Shown: piece by piece, positions 25,587 to 33,951 of the stretch
How positions within the stretch are numbered: the first letter of the stretch is position 1
How the letters are laid out: every line of letters starts with the position of its first letter
Made by a program: the position numbers and the translations under genes
Assembly (NCBI GenBank): GCA_005882255.1
Contig: VBEZ01000124.1
Span: forward strand, 69,953 to 133,952
Reading direction: 5' to 3'
From: Chloroflexota bacterium
GTDB taxonomy: Bacteria > Chloroflexota > Limnocylindria > P2-11E
DNA length: 64,000 nt
The notes under the pieces: model-generated
Told to the model about the DNA's origin: nothing
The model's input: the letters and a program-made list of their open reading frames with translations, nothing else
The model's database searches: none

Positions 25587-26966
25587 TTGAACCTCAAGCA
25601 GCTCTGGCACGCGGCCCTCGGCGAGCTGCAGCTCGGACTCACTAAAGCCAACTACGACACCTGGTTCAAAGACACCGCGATCGTCTCCGAAGAGGACGAT
25701 GTCTATTGCGTCGGTGTTCCGAACGCGTTCGCACGCGAGTGGCTCGAGAACAAGTACCGACAGCAGGTGCGAGACGCGCTGCGGCACCTCGTGGGCCGCA
25801 CCGTGGACGTCCGTTTCGTGACGCTGATGGCCGCGTCGGTGCGCTCCGATCGTCCAGTCGCGGCAGCCGGCAGCGCCAGCGGTGGATCGACCGCCGTGTC
25901 GTCCATGGCGCCAGCGCAGGACCGCCGCGAGGCGACCGCGGCGGCGCTGCTCAACGCCCGTTACACGTTCTCGACGTTCGTCGTCGGTTCCAACAACCGT
26001 TTGGCGCATGCGGCGGCGCTCTCCGTCGCCGAACGCCCGGGCCACAGCTACAACCCGCTCTTCATCTACGGCGGATCCGGTCTTGGAAAGACGCATCTGA
26101 TGCACGCGATCGGACACGCCGTGATCTCCCGACACCCGAAGAAGCGCGTTGCGTACGCGACGAGCGAGAAGTTCACGAACGAGTTCATCAACTCGATCCG
26201 CGGCCAGAAGAGCGAGGAGTTCCGCGAGCGGTATCGCCGCATCGACGTACTCCTGATCGACGACATCCAGTTCCTCACGGGCAAAGAGGGCACACAGGAA
26301 GAGTTCTTCCACACCTTCAATGCCATCCACGAGGAGGGGAAGCAGATCGTCCTTTCGAGCGACCGCCCGCCGAAGGCGATCGAGCGGCTCGAGGATCGGC
26401 TGCGGTCTCGTTTTGAGTGGGGCCTCATCGCCGACATCTCGACGCCCGATCTCGAGACCCGCATCGCGATCCTCCGTGCGAAGGCGGAGGCGCAGTCGGT
26501 CGCGGTCCCGCCGCCGGTCATCGACTTCCTCGCGCAGCGGATCGTGTCGAATATCCGTGAGCTCGAGGGCGCGCTCACGCGGATCGTCGCATTCGCGACC
26601 CTCAGTGCGGTCCCCGTCACGACCCAGCTCGCCCAGGAGATGCTCCAGAACATCCTGTACAACCCGCGCCAGAAGACGCTGTCGCCCGACCGCATCGTCG
26701 AGACTGTCGCGCGCTACTACGGTGTTCCGTCCGAGCAGCTGCGGGGCAAGGCCCGCGATAAGCAGGTCGTCCTGCCGCGCCAGATCGCGATGTACCTCAT
26801 GCGCGAGGAGACCGAGGCACCGCTGATGCGGATCGGAGAGGCCCTGGGGGGCCGCGACCACTCGACGGTCCTCCACGGGTGCGAAAAGATCGAGCGCGAG
26901 ATGGCCGAGAACGACGACTTCCGACGGGATGTTGGCGCGCTCCGGGAGCTGCTGTACTCGGACTGA
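25587..26966 (+). CDS. dnaA: Chromosomal replication initiator DnaA
   Basis: N-terminus LNLKQLWHAALGELQ, AAA+ Walker A GGSGLGKTHL, Walker B LLIDDIQF, sensors, and a domain IV HTH. TTG at 25587 behind a GAAGGGGAG RBS. The ORF-track start at 24906 is rejected because it would read through rnpA/rpmH on the other strand. Confidence 0.9.
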   Translation: MNLKQLWHAALGELQLGLTKANYDTWFKDTAIVSEEDDVYCVGVPNAFAREWLENKYRQQVRDALRHLVGRTVDVRFVTLMAASVRSDRPVAAAGSASGGSTAVSSMAPAQDRREATAAALLNARYTFSTFVVGSNNRLAHAAALSVAERPGHSYNPLFIYGGSGLGKTHLMHAIGHAVISRHPKKRVAYATSEKFTNEFINSIRGQKSEEFRERYRRIDVLLIDDIQFLTGKEGTQEEFFHTFNAIHEEGKQIVLSSDRPPKAIERLEDRLRSRFEWGLIADISTPDLETRIAILRAKAEAQSVAVPPPVIDFLAQRIVSNIRELEGALTRIVAFATLSAVPVTTQLAQEMLQNILYNPRQKTLSPDRIVETVARYYGVPSEQLRGKARDKQVVLPRQIAMYLMREETEAPLMRIGEALGGRDHSTVLHGCEKIEREMAENDDFRRDVGALRELLYSD

Positions 26967-27020
26967 GCGGTGTGACGCAAAACCCGTGGAATTCCGCCCG
27001 GTTTCAGCGCGGCATCCAGG

Positions 27021-27069
27021 TGTGGATAAGGCCGCACAATGTGTGGATAAGCGCACCCATTTGTGGACA
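27021..27069 (+). promoter_or_regulatory. oriC core: three same-orientation DnaA boxes at about 21-bp phasing in the dnaA-dnaN spacer
   Basis: TGTGGATAA at 27021-27029 and again at 27042-27050, each the exact reverse complement of TTATCCACA. TGTGGACAT at 27062-27070 is the actinobacterial-type box with one mismatch. Confidence 0.8.
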
Positions 27070-27322
27070 TGTGCACCAAGACCGTGTTTCATAGAGCAAC
27101 GTCCGTTGGGGAGTGTGACATCGCCTTCTCGGGCTGTGTTCGCGGTCCCCAGTCCATCCCGCCCGAGTCCACAGCTCAGCCCGATCAAGCACACACTCAC
27201 GATCGGCACGCCCGGCTGAGCGCGCCACGACAACAGCATCTCGGAACGTTCATAGTCCACACCACTACTGCTGGTACCGGCGTCTTTAGACATCTTTTCG
27301 GGGAAGGTACGGAGGGTCCGCG

Positions 27323-29449
27323 TTGAAGGTCACTTGTCTACAAGAGAACCTCGCGCGCGGGCTCCAGATCGCCGGACGGGCCGTCTCGACGCGCGGCAGC
27401 CTGCCGATCCTCGGGAATGTGCTGCTTCGGACCGAGGGTGGGCGCTTGAAGCTCACCGCCACGAATCTCGAAGTCGGGATCAACTGCTGGGTTCCCGCGA
27501 AGGTCGATGACGAGGGCGCGATCACCGTGCCGGCGAAGCTCTTCACTGATTTTGTCAACTCCCTGCCGCCCGGCCCGACGGAGCTCTCGCTCAATGTCCG
27601 CACGAAGACGGTGCATCTGCGGCGCGATCCGTACGAAGCGAATTTCAAGGGCATGGACGCGGAGGAGTTCCCGATCATCCCCGTCGCGCCGGAAAAGCCG
27701 ACGACTCGCGTCAGCAAGTCCACGCTTCGTCGCATGATCGGCGAGGTCGCGTTCGTGGCCACGACCGACGACAGCCGACCCGTGCTCACCGGTGTGCTTA
27801 CCACGCTCGAGGGCGACAGGATCACGATGGCTGCGGCCGATCCCTACCGCCTCTCCGTGCGAAACGCGAAGCTGATCGACAAGGTAGAAGGAAAGCTCGA
27901 GGTCATCATCCCAGCGCGCAGCCTCCAGGAAGTGCAGCGGATCCTCGACGACAGCGATGATCCAGTGGACATCTTCGTGACCCCGAACGGTAGCCAGGTG
28001 ATCTTCCACACACCGGAGGTGGATCTCGTCTCACGTGTCATCGAAGGCCAGTTCCCGAATTACCGACAGGTCATCCCACAGGGCAAGCCCGCCACGCGGC
28101 TCGTGGCCCAGCGAGAGGAATTGCTGCAGGCCACCCGGCTCGCCTCGCTCTTCGCGCGCGACTCGGCGAACATGCTCCGCTTCCAGGTGAACCCCGCGGA
28201 CCATCCGCCACTCGTCATCAGCGCGAATGCCGCGGAGGTCGGCGACCAGACGGCGAAGGTGGAGGCGACGGTGGAGGGACAGAACACCACCATCGCGTTC
28301 AACTCGCGGTTCATCTACGACGCGCTCGGCAGCCTCACCGCGTCCGAGGTCGCGCTCGAGGACTTCCGCAGCTACGCACAAGTCGAGCTGCCGCTCGCGC
28401 GTGGCGCCACCACTTTCGTGGGACCGAACGGGGCCGGCAAGACGAACCTTCTCGAGGCGATCCACCTCATCGCGCGCGGCGACTCACCGCGCGCCCGCGA
28501 CGACACGGAGATGGTCCGCTGGGGCGCGACCACGGCGCGCGTCCGGACCGAGGTCGATCGTGCCGAGGACCACCGCCGCATCGAAACGCTCCTCTTCGCG
28601 CCCCCCGAGGGCGAACGCCGGCGGCCGCGCCGCTACCTGCTCGACGGTGCCGCCAAGCGGTCGGAAGATGCGGCCGGCGAGCTCGTCGTCGTTGCGTTCT
28701 TTCCGGAGGACGTCGAGCTGCTCGGGGCGGCGCCAAGCGCGCGCCGCCGATTCATGGACGCCATGCTCGGACAGATCGATCGCGCGCATCGTCGTGAGAT
28801 GCGTGAGCTTCAGCACGTGCTCGAGCAGCGCAACGCGCTCCTACGCGTCGCACGCGAGGAGCTCGAGCTGCCCGAGGCAGAGATGGCGTTCTGGGACGGA
28901 GAGCTCATTCGACTCTCGGCCGCGATCTCGCTCCGTCGGTCACGGCTCGCCACCGAGCTGTCGGCGCCGTTCGTGAGCGCGACCGAGCGCTTCACCGGCG
29001 CCGAGGGTCTGGCCCTCGCGTACGCGGGACAGGTGGAAGGCGCCACGCTGGACGAGCGCGCGAGCGCGTACGCGCGCGTCCTGCGCGAGAAACGCGAGCG
29101 CGAACGCTGGCAGGGAACGTCACTCGTCGGGCCCCAGCGCGACGATCTCGTTGTCACCTCGGCCGGTCGCATGTTGCCGGCCTTCGCGTCGCGCGGTGAG
29201 CATCGCAGTGCGGTGCTTTCGCTGAAGATCGCGGAGGCGGCGTGGCTCGCATCCCGCGTCGGAGAGCAACCGGTCTTCCTGCTGGACGACGTGCTCTCGG
29301 AGCTCGACCCCGCCCGGCGCGAGGCGCTCGCGAACGCCATCCCGCAGGACGCGCAGATCCTGCTCACCGCCGCGATCGTCACGGCCCTTCCCGACGTGCT
29401 GCGCGAGCGCGCCGCGGTGGTGCCGGTGCGGCGGGGCGAGGTCGGATGA
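27323..29449 (+). CDS. dnaN/recF: DnaN (beta sliding clamp) fused in frame to RecF as a single 708-aa ORF
   Basis: Residues 1 to about 336 are a DnaN clamp through FNSRFIYDAL, but the final MPxRL strand is missing. From about 28333 the sequence is RecF (SLTASEVALEDFRSY, Walker A GPNGAGKTNLLEAI, QRNALLR, GPQRDDL, LSLKIAEAAW, LLDDVLSELD). There is no stop and no in-frame start between them. Confidence 0.8.
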   Translation: MKVTCLQENLARGLQIAGRAVSTRGSLPILGNVLLRTEGGRLKLTATNLEVGINCWVPAKVDDEGAITVPAKLFTDFVNSLPPGPTELSLNVRTKTVHLRRDPYEANFKGMDAEEFPIIPVAPEKPTTRVSKSTLRRMIGEVAFVATTDDSRPVLTGVLTTLEGDRITMAAADPYRLSVRNAKLIDKVEGKLEVIIPARSLQEVQRILDDSDDPVDIFVTPNGSQVIFHTPEVDLVSRVIEGQFPNYRQVIPQGKPATRLVAQREELLQATRLASLFARDSANMLRFQVNPADHPPLVISANAAEVGDQTAKVEATVEGQNTTIAFNSRFIYDALGSLTASEVALEDFRSYAQVELPLARGATTFVGPNGAGKTNLLEAIHLIARGDSPRARDDTEMVRWGATTARVRTEVDRAEDHRRIETLLFAPPEGERRRPRRYLLDGAAKRSEDAAGELVVVAFFPEDVELLGAAPSARRRFMDAMLGQIDRAHRREMRELQHVLEQRNALLRVAREELELPEAEMAFWDGELIRLSAAISLRRSRLATELSAPFVSATERFTGAEGLALAYAGQVEGATLDERASAYARVLREKRERERWQGTSLVGPQRDDLVVTSAGRMLPAFASRGEHRSAVLSLKIAEAAWLASRVGEQPVFLLDDVLSELDPARREALANAIPQDAQILLTAAIVTALPDVLRERAAVVPVRRGEVG

Positions 29450-29739
29450 GACCCATCGCGCGCGCGATCGCGAGCGCGCTGCGCACGCTCGGGATCGACC
29501 AGGATGTGGCGCGCGCGGACGCCGTTCGCGCGTGGCCCGCGGCCGCGACGACGGTGCTTGGCGCCGACGCCGTGACGACGCGTGCGGTGCGCACTGACGG
29601 CGATACCCTCGTCGTCCTGGTGCCGACCGCGCAGTGGGCCGGAGAGATCAGACTCCGCGAGCGCGAGCTGCTGGTGGCCCTCGCGGACCGTGCGCCCGCG
29701 AGCCGCATCGCGCGTCTTCGGTGTGTGCCCTCGCCGTGA
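29446..29739 (+). CDS. dciA: DUF721/DciA-family protein (replicative helicase operator in dnaC-less bacteria)
   Basis: A 97-aa protein just downstream of recF with an ATGA overlap. Its conserved position and size match Rv0004-like DciA. Confidence 0.65.
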   Translation: MRPIARAIASALRTLGIDQDVARADAVRAWPAAATTVLGADAVTTRAVRTDGDTLVVLVPTAQWAGEIRLRERELLVALADRAPASRIARLRCVPSP

Positions 29740-29767
29740 GGCGGCGCGTCTGGGACACTCGCGAGCG

Positions 29768-31837
29768 ATGCCGCAACTGAGCTTCGTCACGACGGTCGGC
29801 AGCACGGCTGACGTGCGGGCAAGCCGCGCGGATGTGATCGTCGTGAGCGAGCCTGAGACCGGCGCGACCCTTCGCACCAAGGGCCGGCTCTACCTCTTGT
29901 TCGAGGCATCTCCGCCCGGACCCGCCGAAAAGATCGCCCGCGAGGTCGCGGAGCTGACGCGCCAGGAGTACTACTACGACCTTTCCGCGGGGATCGAGGT
30001 CTCGCTGCGACGTGCGCTGCGACAGGCGAACCGGCGCGCGACACAGCGGCTTCGGGAGAACCGCGGGTCGACAACGCTCCAGTGTGCGTGCGCCGTGATC
30101 GTGAACAACGAGCTGTACACCTCACACGTCGGCGGCGCGCAGGTGTTCCTCGTCCGCCGCGCGCGGCTCTTTCTCCCCGGCGACGAGCCCGGCGAGCTCG
30201 CCGATTTCGTCCATCGGACCACCAAGCGCGAGGCCACGTCGCTCGGTACGGACGCCGATGTGCTCCCGAAGGTGTGGCGCCAGTCGATCGAGGCGGGCGA
30301 CACGGTCATCCTCGCGAGCGCCGCGCTTATCGACGGGCTCGGTGCCGAGGCGCTGAAGAGCGCCGCGGTCACGCTGCATCCGCGGTCGGCGGCGGAGCAC
30401 ATCCACAATCGCGCGGTCGCGGACGGCGTGGTTGGCAGCGACGCGGTGATCTTCATCGAGGTCGCCCAGTCCGGCAGCGCGGCCGTTCGCATCGCACCGG
30501 AGCCGGCGCCGATCGTGCGGCCGGTCGAGGTCGCCGTGGCGGACGGCATTCGATCGCGGCTGGATGTGGTGAATCGCGTCGTGCAGAGCGTGGCGCGGCT
30601 GCTGCGCGGCGCGACGACGCCGGTGACCGCGGCGGCGACGAAGAGCGTGGCGGTCGGTCTGGAGCTCATGCCGCGGCGCGGCGCCGCCCTGCCGCGTCAC
30701 GCCGACACCGCGCGCTCGCGGTCCCGCCGACAGCGGCGCGCCATGACCACGCTCGCCGTGCTGCTGCTCGTCGCCGCGACCGGCGTTGGCGCCCTCGCCT
30801 ATCGCGACTACGAGTCGACCCGAGCGGGTCGCGAATACCAGCTCGCCGTCGCGAACGCGGAGGACTTCATCGCGTCGGCACACCGTTTGGCCGACCGCAA
30901 GCCGCCGGACCCCGACGGCGCGCGCGAGCGGATGGCCAGCGCGACCGCGAAGCTGGACGAAGCGAGCCGCTCGACCTTCGTTGTCCCGGAGAAGATCGCC
31001 GCGCTACGTGCGGACATCGCGGCCCTCACCGACCGCCTCGACGGCGTGATCCTCGATCTCGCGCGGTTCGGGACCGGAACGAAGCTCGCGCAGGTCATCG
31101 GGAACGTGAACGGTCTGTATGTCACCGACCCCGGCGCCGGACGGCTCTGGCGTGTCTTCGGCGACCCGGTCCAACAGGGGCCGGTACTCGAGCGCGGTGT
31201 CAAAGGCGTTGGCTCGCCGGTCCAGCTCGCGCTGGAGGACTTCGCGGTCTACTCGCTCGACGACGCGGGCAAGCTGTGGCGGGCCGAGGGCGATCAGGTC
31301 GTCGACGTGACGCCCGCCGAACGAGACAAGTGGAAGACGCCCGCCGCCCTCGCGGTGTTCGCGAACAACCTGTACGTCCTCGACAGCGAGACCGGCCAGC
31401 TGTGGAAGCACGAGTCGAACGACGGCGTTCGCTTCGGCCCGGCCATCGGGTATCTCGCGACGCCGCTCGCGCCGAACGCGGCCCGAGCGCTCGCGGTCGA
31501 CGGCGATGTCTGGATCGTGACCTCCGCCGGGGACCTGCAGCGCTTCCGCCGCAACCCGCTCGTCACGACCGCCTCGCGCATCGACTTCGTGCCGCGCTGG
31601 GAGGGGACGGCGCCGCGCGCGAACGCCGTCCAGGCCATCGACACGCAGGGATCGATCTACGTGCTCGACTCGGGCGGCAAGCTGATCGTCCAGCTCACGC
31701 GCGATGGCCGCGAGCTGGCGCGGTTCGCGCTGCCGCCCGGTCTGCCGCCCGCGGCGAGCTTCTACGTTTCCGAATCGCTGAGGGTCGCCTACACGCTTCA
31801 CGGGACGAAGATCGTCGCGACGAGCACCGTGCGTTGA
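29768..31837 (+). CDS. Bitopic membrane protein: a cytoplasmic degenerate PP2C-like (pseudophosphatase) domain, one TM helix, and an extracytoplasmic beta-propeller-like repeat domain
   Basis: PP2C-like blocks occur in order, but the metal-binding Asp residues are replaced (EASPPG for DGMGG; SHVGGAQ for GDSR; ASAALID for CSDGL). TM helix TLAVLLLVAATGVGALAY. The repeats are YVTDPGAGRLWRV, YSLDDAGKLWRA, YVLDSETGQLWKH and YVLDSGGKLIVQ. Confidence 0.65.
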   Translation: MPQLSFVTTVGSTADVRASRADVIVVSEPETGATLRTKGRLYLLFEASPPGPAEKIAREVAELTRQEYYYDLSAGIEVSLRRALRQANRRATQRLRENRGSTTLQCACAVIVNNELYTSHVGGAQVFLVRRARLFLPGDEPGELADFVHRTTKREATSLGTDADVLPKVWRQSIEAGDTVILASAALIDGLGAEALKSAAVTLHPRSAAEHIHNRAVADGVVGSDAVIFIEVAQSGSAAVRIAPEPAPIVRPVEVAVADGIRSRLDVVNRVVQSVARLLRGATTPVTAAATKSVAVGLELMPRRGAALPRHADTARSRSRRQRRAMTTLAVLLLVAATGVGALAYRDYESTRAGREYQLAVANAEDFIASAHRLADRKPPDPDGARERMASATAKLDEASRSTFVVPEKIAALRADIAALTDRLDGVILDLARFGTGTKLAQVIGNVNGLYVTDPGAGRLWRVFGDPVQQGPVLERGVKGVGSPVQLALEDFAVYSLDDAGKLWRAEGDQVVDVTPAERDKWKTPAALAVFANNLYVLDSETGQLWKHESNDGVRFGPAIGYLATPLAPNAARALAVDGDVWIVTSAGDLQRFRRNPLVTTASRIDFVPRWEGTAPRANAVQAIDTQGSIYVLDSGGKLIVQLTRDGRELARFALPPGLPPAASFYVSESLRVAYTLHGTKIVATSTVR

Positions 31838-32532
31838 TCCCGCTGCGGGATGCGAATCCCGTACGCAGCGCTCCGATCGTCAACCGCCTGCTCCTCGCGG
31901 TGAACCTCGTCGTCTGGATCTACATCGTGTACCTCACTCGGCAGCCGGGAGCGATGGAGGCGTTCTTCGACCGCTACTCGTTCGACTGGCCCGAGTTCAC
32001 GCGGCGCATCTCCTCCGGCGACCTCGCACCCTCGACGTTCGTGCCTCTGGTGTCGCACATGTTCCTGCACGGCGGCTGGCTGCACGTGCTCGGGAACATG
32101 CTCTATCTCTGGATCTTCGGCGATAACGTCGAAGACCGGTTCGGGAGCGCGCCGTACCTGGTCTTCTACCTGCTGTGCGGCGTCGTCGCGGCGATCGGGC
32201 AGGGTCTCGTCTCGCCGTCGCCGATGGTCGGCGCCTCGGGCGCGATCGCGGGCGTGCTCGCCGCGTATCTCATCATGTTCCCGACCGCGCGCGTGTCGAC
32301 ACTGGTGTTCCTCGGGCTGTTCATCACGATCGTCGAGCTGCCCGCGCTCATCGTCATCGGGATGTTCATCGTGCTTCAGGTCATCGAGGGTGTCGCCGAG
32401 CTCCGCCTCACGGGTCACGCAGCCGCGCAGCAGATCGCGTATTTCGCGCACATCTTCGGCTTCGCGGCGGGGCTGGTGCTTCTGGTGTTCTTCCGGCGCG
32501 CCGATACGGCACGCCGCGTGCGTTTCGGTTGA
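31834..32532 (+). CDS. Rhomboid-family intramembrane serine protease
   Basis: GxSG in TM4 (GASGAIAG) and the catalytic His in TM6 (AHIFGFAAG). TTG start overlapping the upstream stop. Confidence 0.8.
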   Translation: MIPLRDANPVRSAPIVNRLLLAVNLVVWIYIVYLTRQPGAMEAFFDRYSFDWPEFTRRISSGDLAPSTFVPLVSHMFLHGGWLHVLGNMLYLWIFGDNVEDRFGSAPYLVFYLLCGVVAAIGQGLVSPSPMVGASGAIAGVLAAYLIMFPTARVSTLVFLGLFITIVELPALIVIGMFIVLQVIEGVAELRLTGHAAAQQIAYFAHIFGFAAGLVLLVFFRRADTARRVRFG

Positions 32533-32577
32533 CGCGCAAACAGGCGACCGCGGGCGGGGTGGAGGTAGCCTAGGGCG

Positions 32578-33078
32578 ATGCTCGTCCCCTGTACGGTCGA
32601 GTCGGTCCGAGTGCATGTCCTCACGGGTCAGCACGTTGTCCTCCTTCAGGCGAAGGAGAGCAACCGTCTCCTACCGATCTGGATCGGACCCGACCAGGCG
32701 CACAGTATCGCGACGCGCATCGCCGGCATCGCGAGCGAGCGTCCGCTCACGCACGATCTGATGATGGACGTGCTCTCGAAGCTCGGCGTCGAGATCACCC
32801 GCATCGTCGTGAAGGATCTCGTCGCCGACGACAGCGGGGGCGGAGTGTTCCACGGCAGCCTGTTCCTGCAGTTCGGGGAGCGCGAGGTCGAGATCGACTG
32901 CCGGCCGTCCGATGCGATCGCGCTCGCGGTCCGCTGCGACGCGCGCATCCTGGTGTCGGACACGGTCCTCGATCGCTCCGCGATCTCAGCCGAGAGCGAG
33001 GACGACGAGAACATCGCGGTGTTCAAGGAGTTCATCCAGACACTCCCCGACGACCCGCCGGGTCCGAGTACCAGCTAG
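32578..33078 (+). CDS. Bifunctional-nuclease (BFN/DUF151) domain protein
   Basis: RLLPIWIGPDQAHSIA...THDLM...RPSDAIALA, the conserved DUF151 layout. Confidence 0.65.
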   Translation: MLVPCTVESVRVHVLTGQHVVLLQAKESNRLLPIWIGPDQAHSIATRIAGIASERPLTHDLMMDVLSKLGVEITRIVVKDLVADDSGGGVFHGSLFLQFGEREVEIDCRPSDAIALAVRCDARILVSDTVLDRSAISAESEDDENIAVFKEFIQTLPDDPPGPSTS

Positions 33079-33201
33079 AACGAAGACGAGCGACGAGCGG
33101 TCAGGGGGAGGGGCCCCTGTTCAGCGAGCGAAGCGAGCGTGCCGCGAGGAGCGAGCCCACCAGCCCTGAGCGTGTCTCCTCGCCGAAGGCGAGAGATTGA
33201 G

Positions 33202-33921
33202 CTAGACCCGCAGCCCCCAGAGCCGCAGGCGCAGGCGCAACAGGTCGCGGATCGCGCGCAGGATCACCTTCGGCTGCTGGCCCTTTGCCTTGCCGGCGCT
33301 GCGCGGGTAATGGGGCACGCCGACCTCCCGCATACGGACGCCTGCGCGCCGCAGCGTGATCAGCATCTCCGCTGAGAAGAACGCGCCGTTCGAGCGCACG
33401 CTCGCAAGCGGCACCCGCTCGAACACCTCGCGGCGGAAGAGCTTGAACGCGCAGTCCACGTCGCGGAAGCCGCCGAAGAACAGGACGCGGATCACGCGGT
33501 TGTAGACCCATGCGACGAAGCGCGTTCGCGGCGGATCCTGACGTTTCAGGCGATAGCCCAACACGACCTCGACCCCGTCGATGACGGCCGTCAGGCGCCC
33601 GAGGTCCGCGATGTCGAACTGCCGGTCGCCGTCGGTGAAGAAGATGAACTCTTTCGTCCCCGACAGCAGGCCGGAGCGCACCGCGCCGCCATAACCGCGA
33701 CGCGCGCCGTGGTGGACGACGTGCACGCGGGGGTCCGCCTTCGCGAGATCGTCGGCGATCTTTCCGGTCCGGTCGGTGCTGCCGTCGTCGATCACCGTGA
33801 CCTCGATGTCGTCGGCGAAGCGTGGTAGCACGGTCAGCGCGTCGCGCACCACGGCCTCCACGTGATCTTCCTCGTTGAGCGCCGGAAAGAAGAACGAGAG
33901 GCTCCCGAGTCGTGCGGACAA
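33202..33921 (-). CDS. GT2-family polyprenyl-phosphate glycosyltransferase (Dpm1/PpgS/ArnC-like)
   Basis: GT-A DxD context VTVIDDGSTDRT and FTDGDRQ. Size and the C-terminal basic amphipathic tail resemble polyprenol-P-sugar synthases. Confidence 0.8.
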   Translation of the reverse strand: MSARLGSLSFFFPALNEEDHVEAVVRDALTVLPRFADDIEVTVIDDGSTDRTGKIADDLAKADPRVHVVHHGARRGYGGAVRSGLLSGTKEFIFFTDGDRQFDIADLGRLTAVIDGVEVVLGYRLKRQDPPRTRFVAWVYNRVIRVLFFGGFRDVDCAFKLFRREVFERVPLASVRSNGAFFSAEMLITLRRAGVRMREVGVPHYPRSAGKAKGQQPKVILRAIRDLLRLRLRLWGLRV

Positions 33922-33951
33922 CGCAGCGCAAGGTTAGCGTGTTGCGTCGGG

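Noticed and set aside
33862-33951. Upstream start of the GT-C gene at 33862 given by the ORF track.
   Set aside because: It would overlap the divergent GT2 gene start by 60 nt. The ATG at 33952 immediately precedes the first TM helix.
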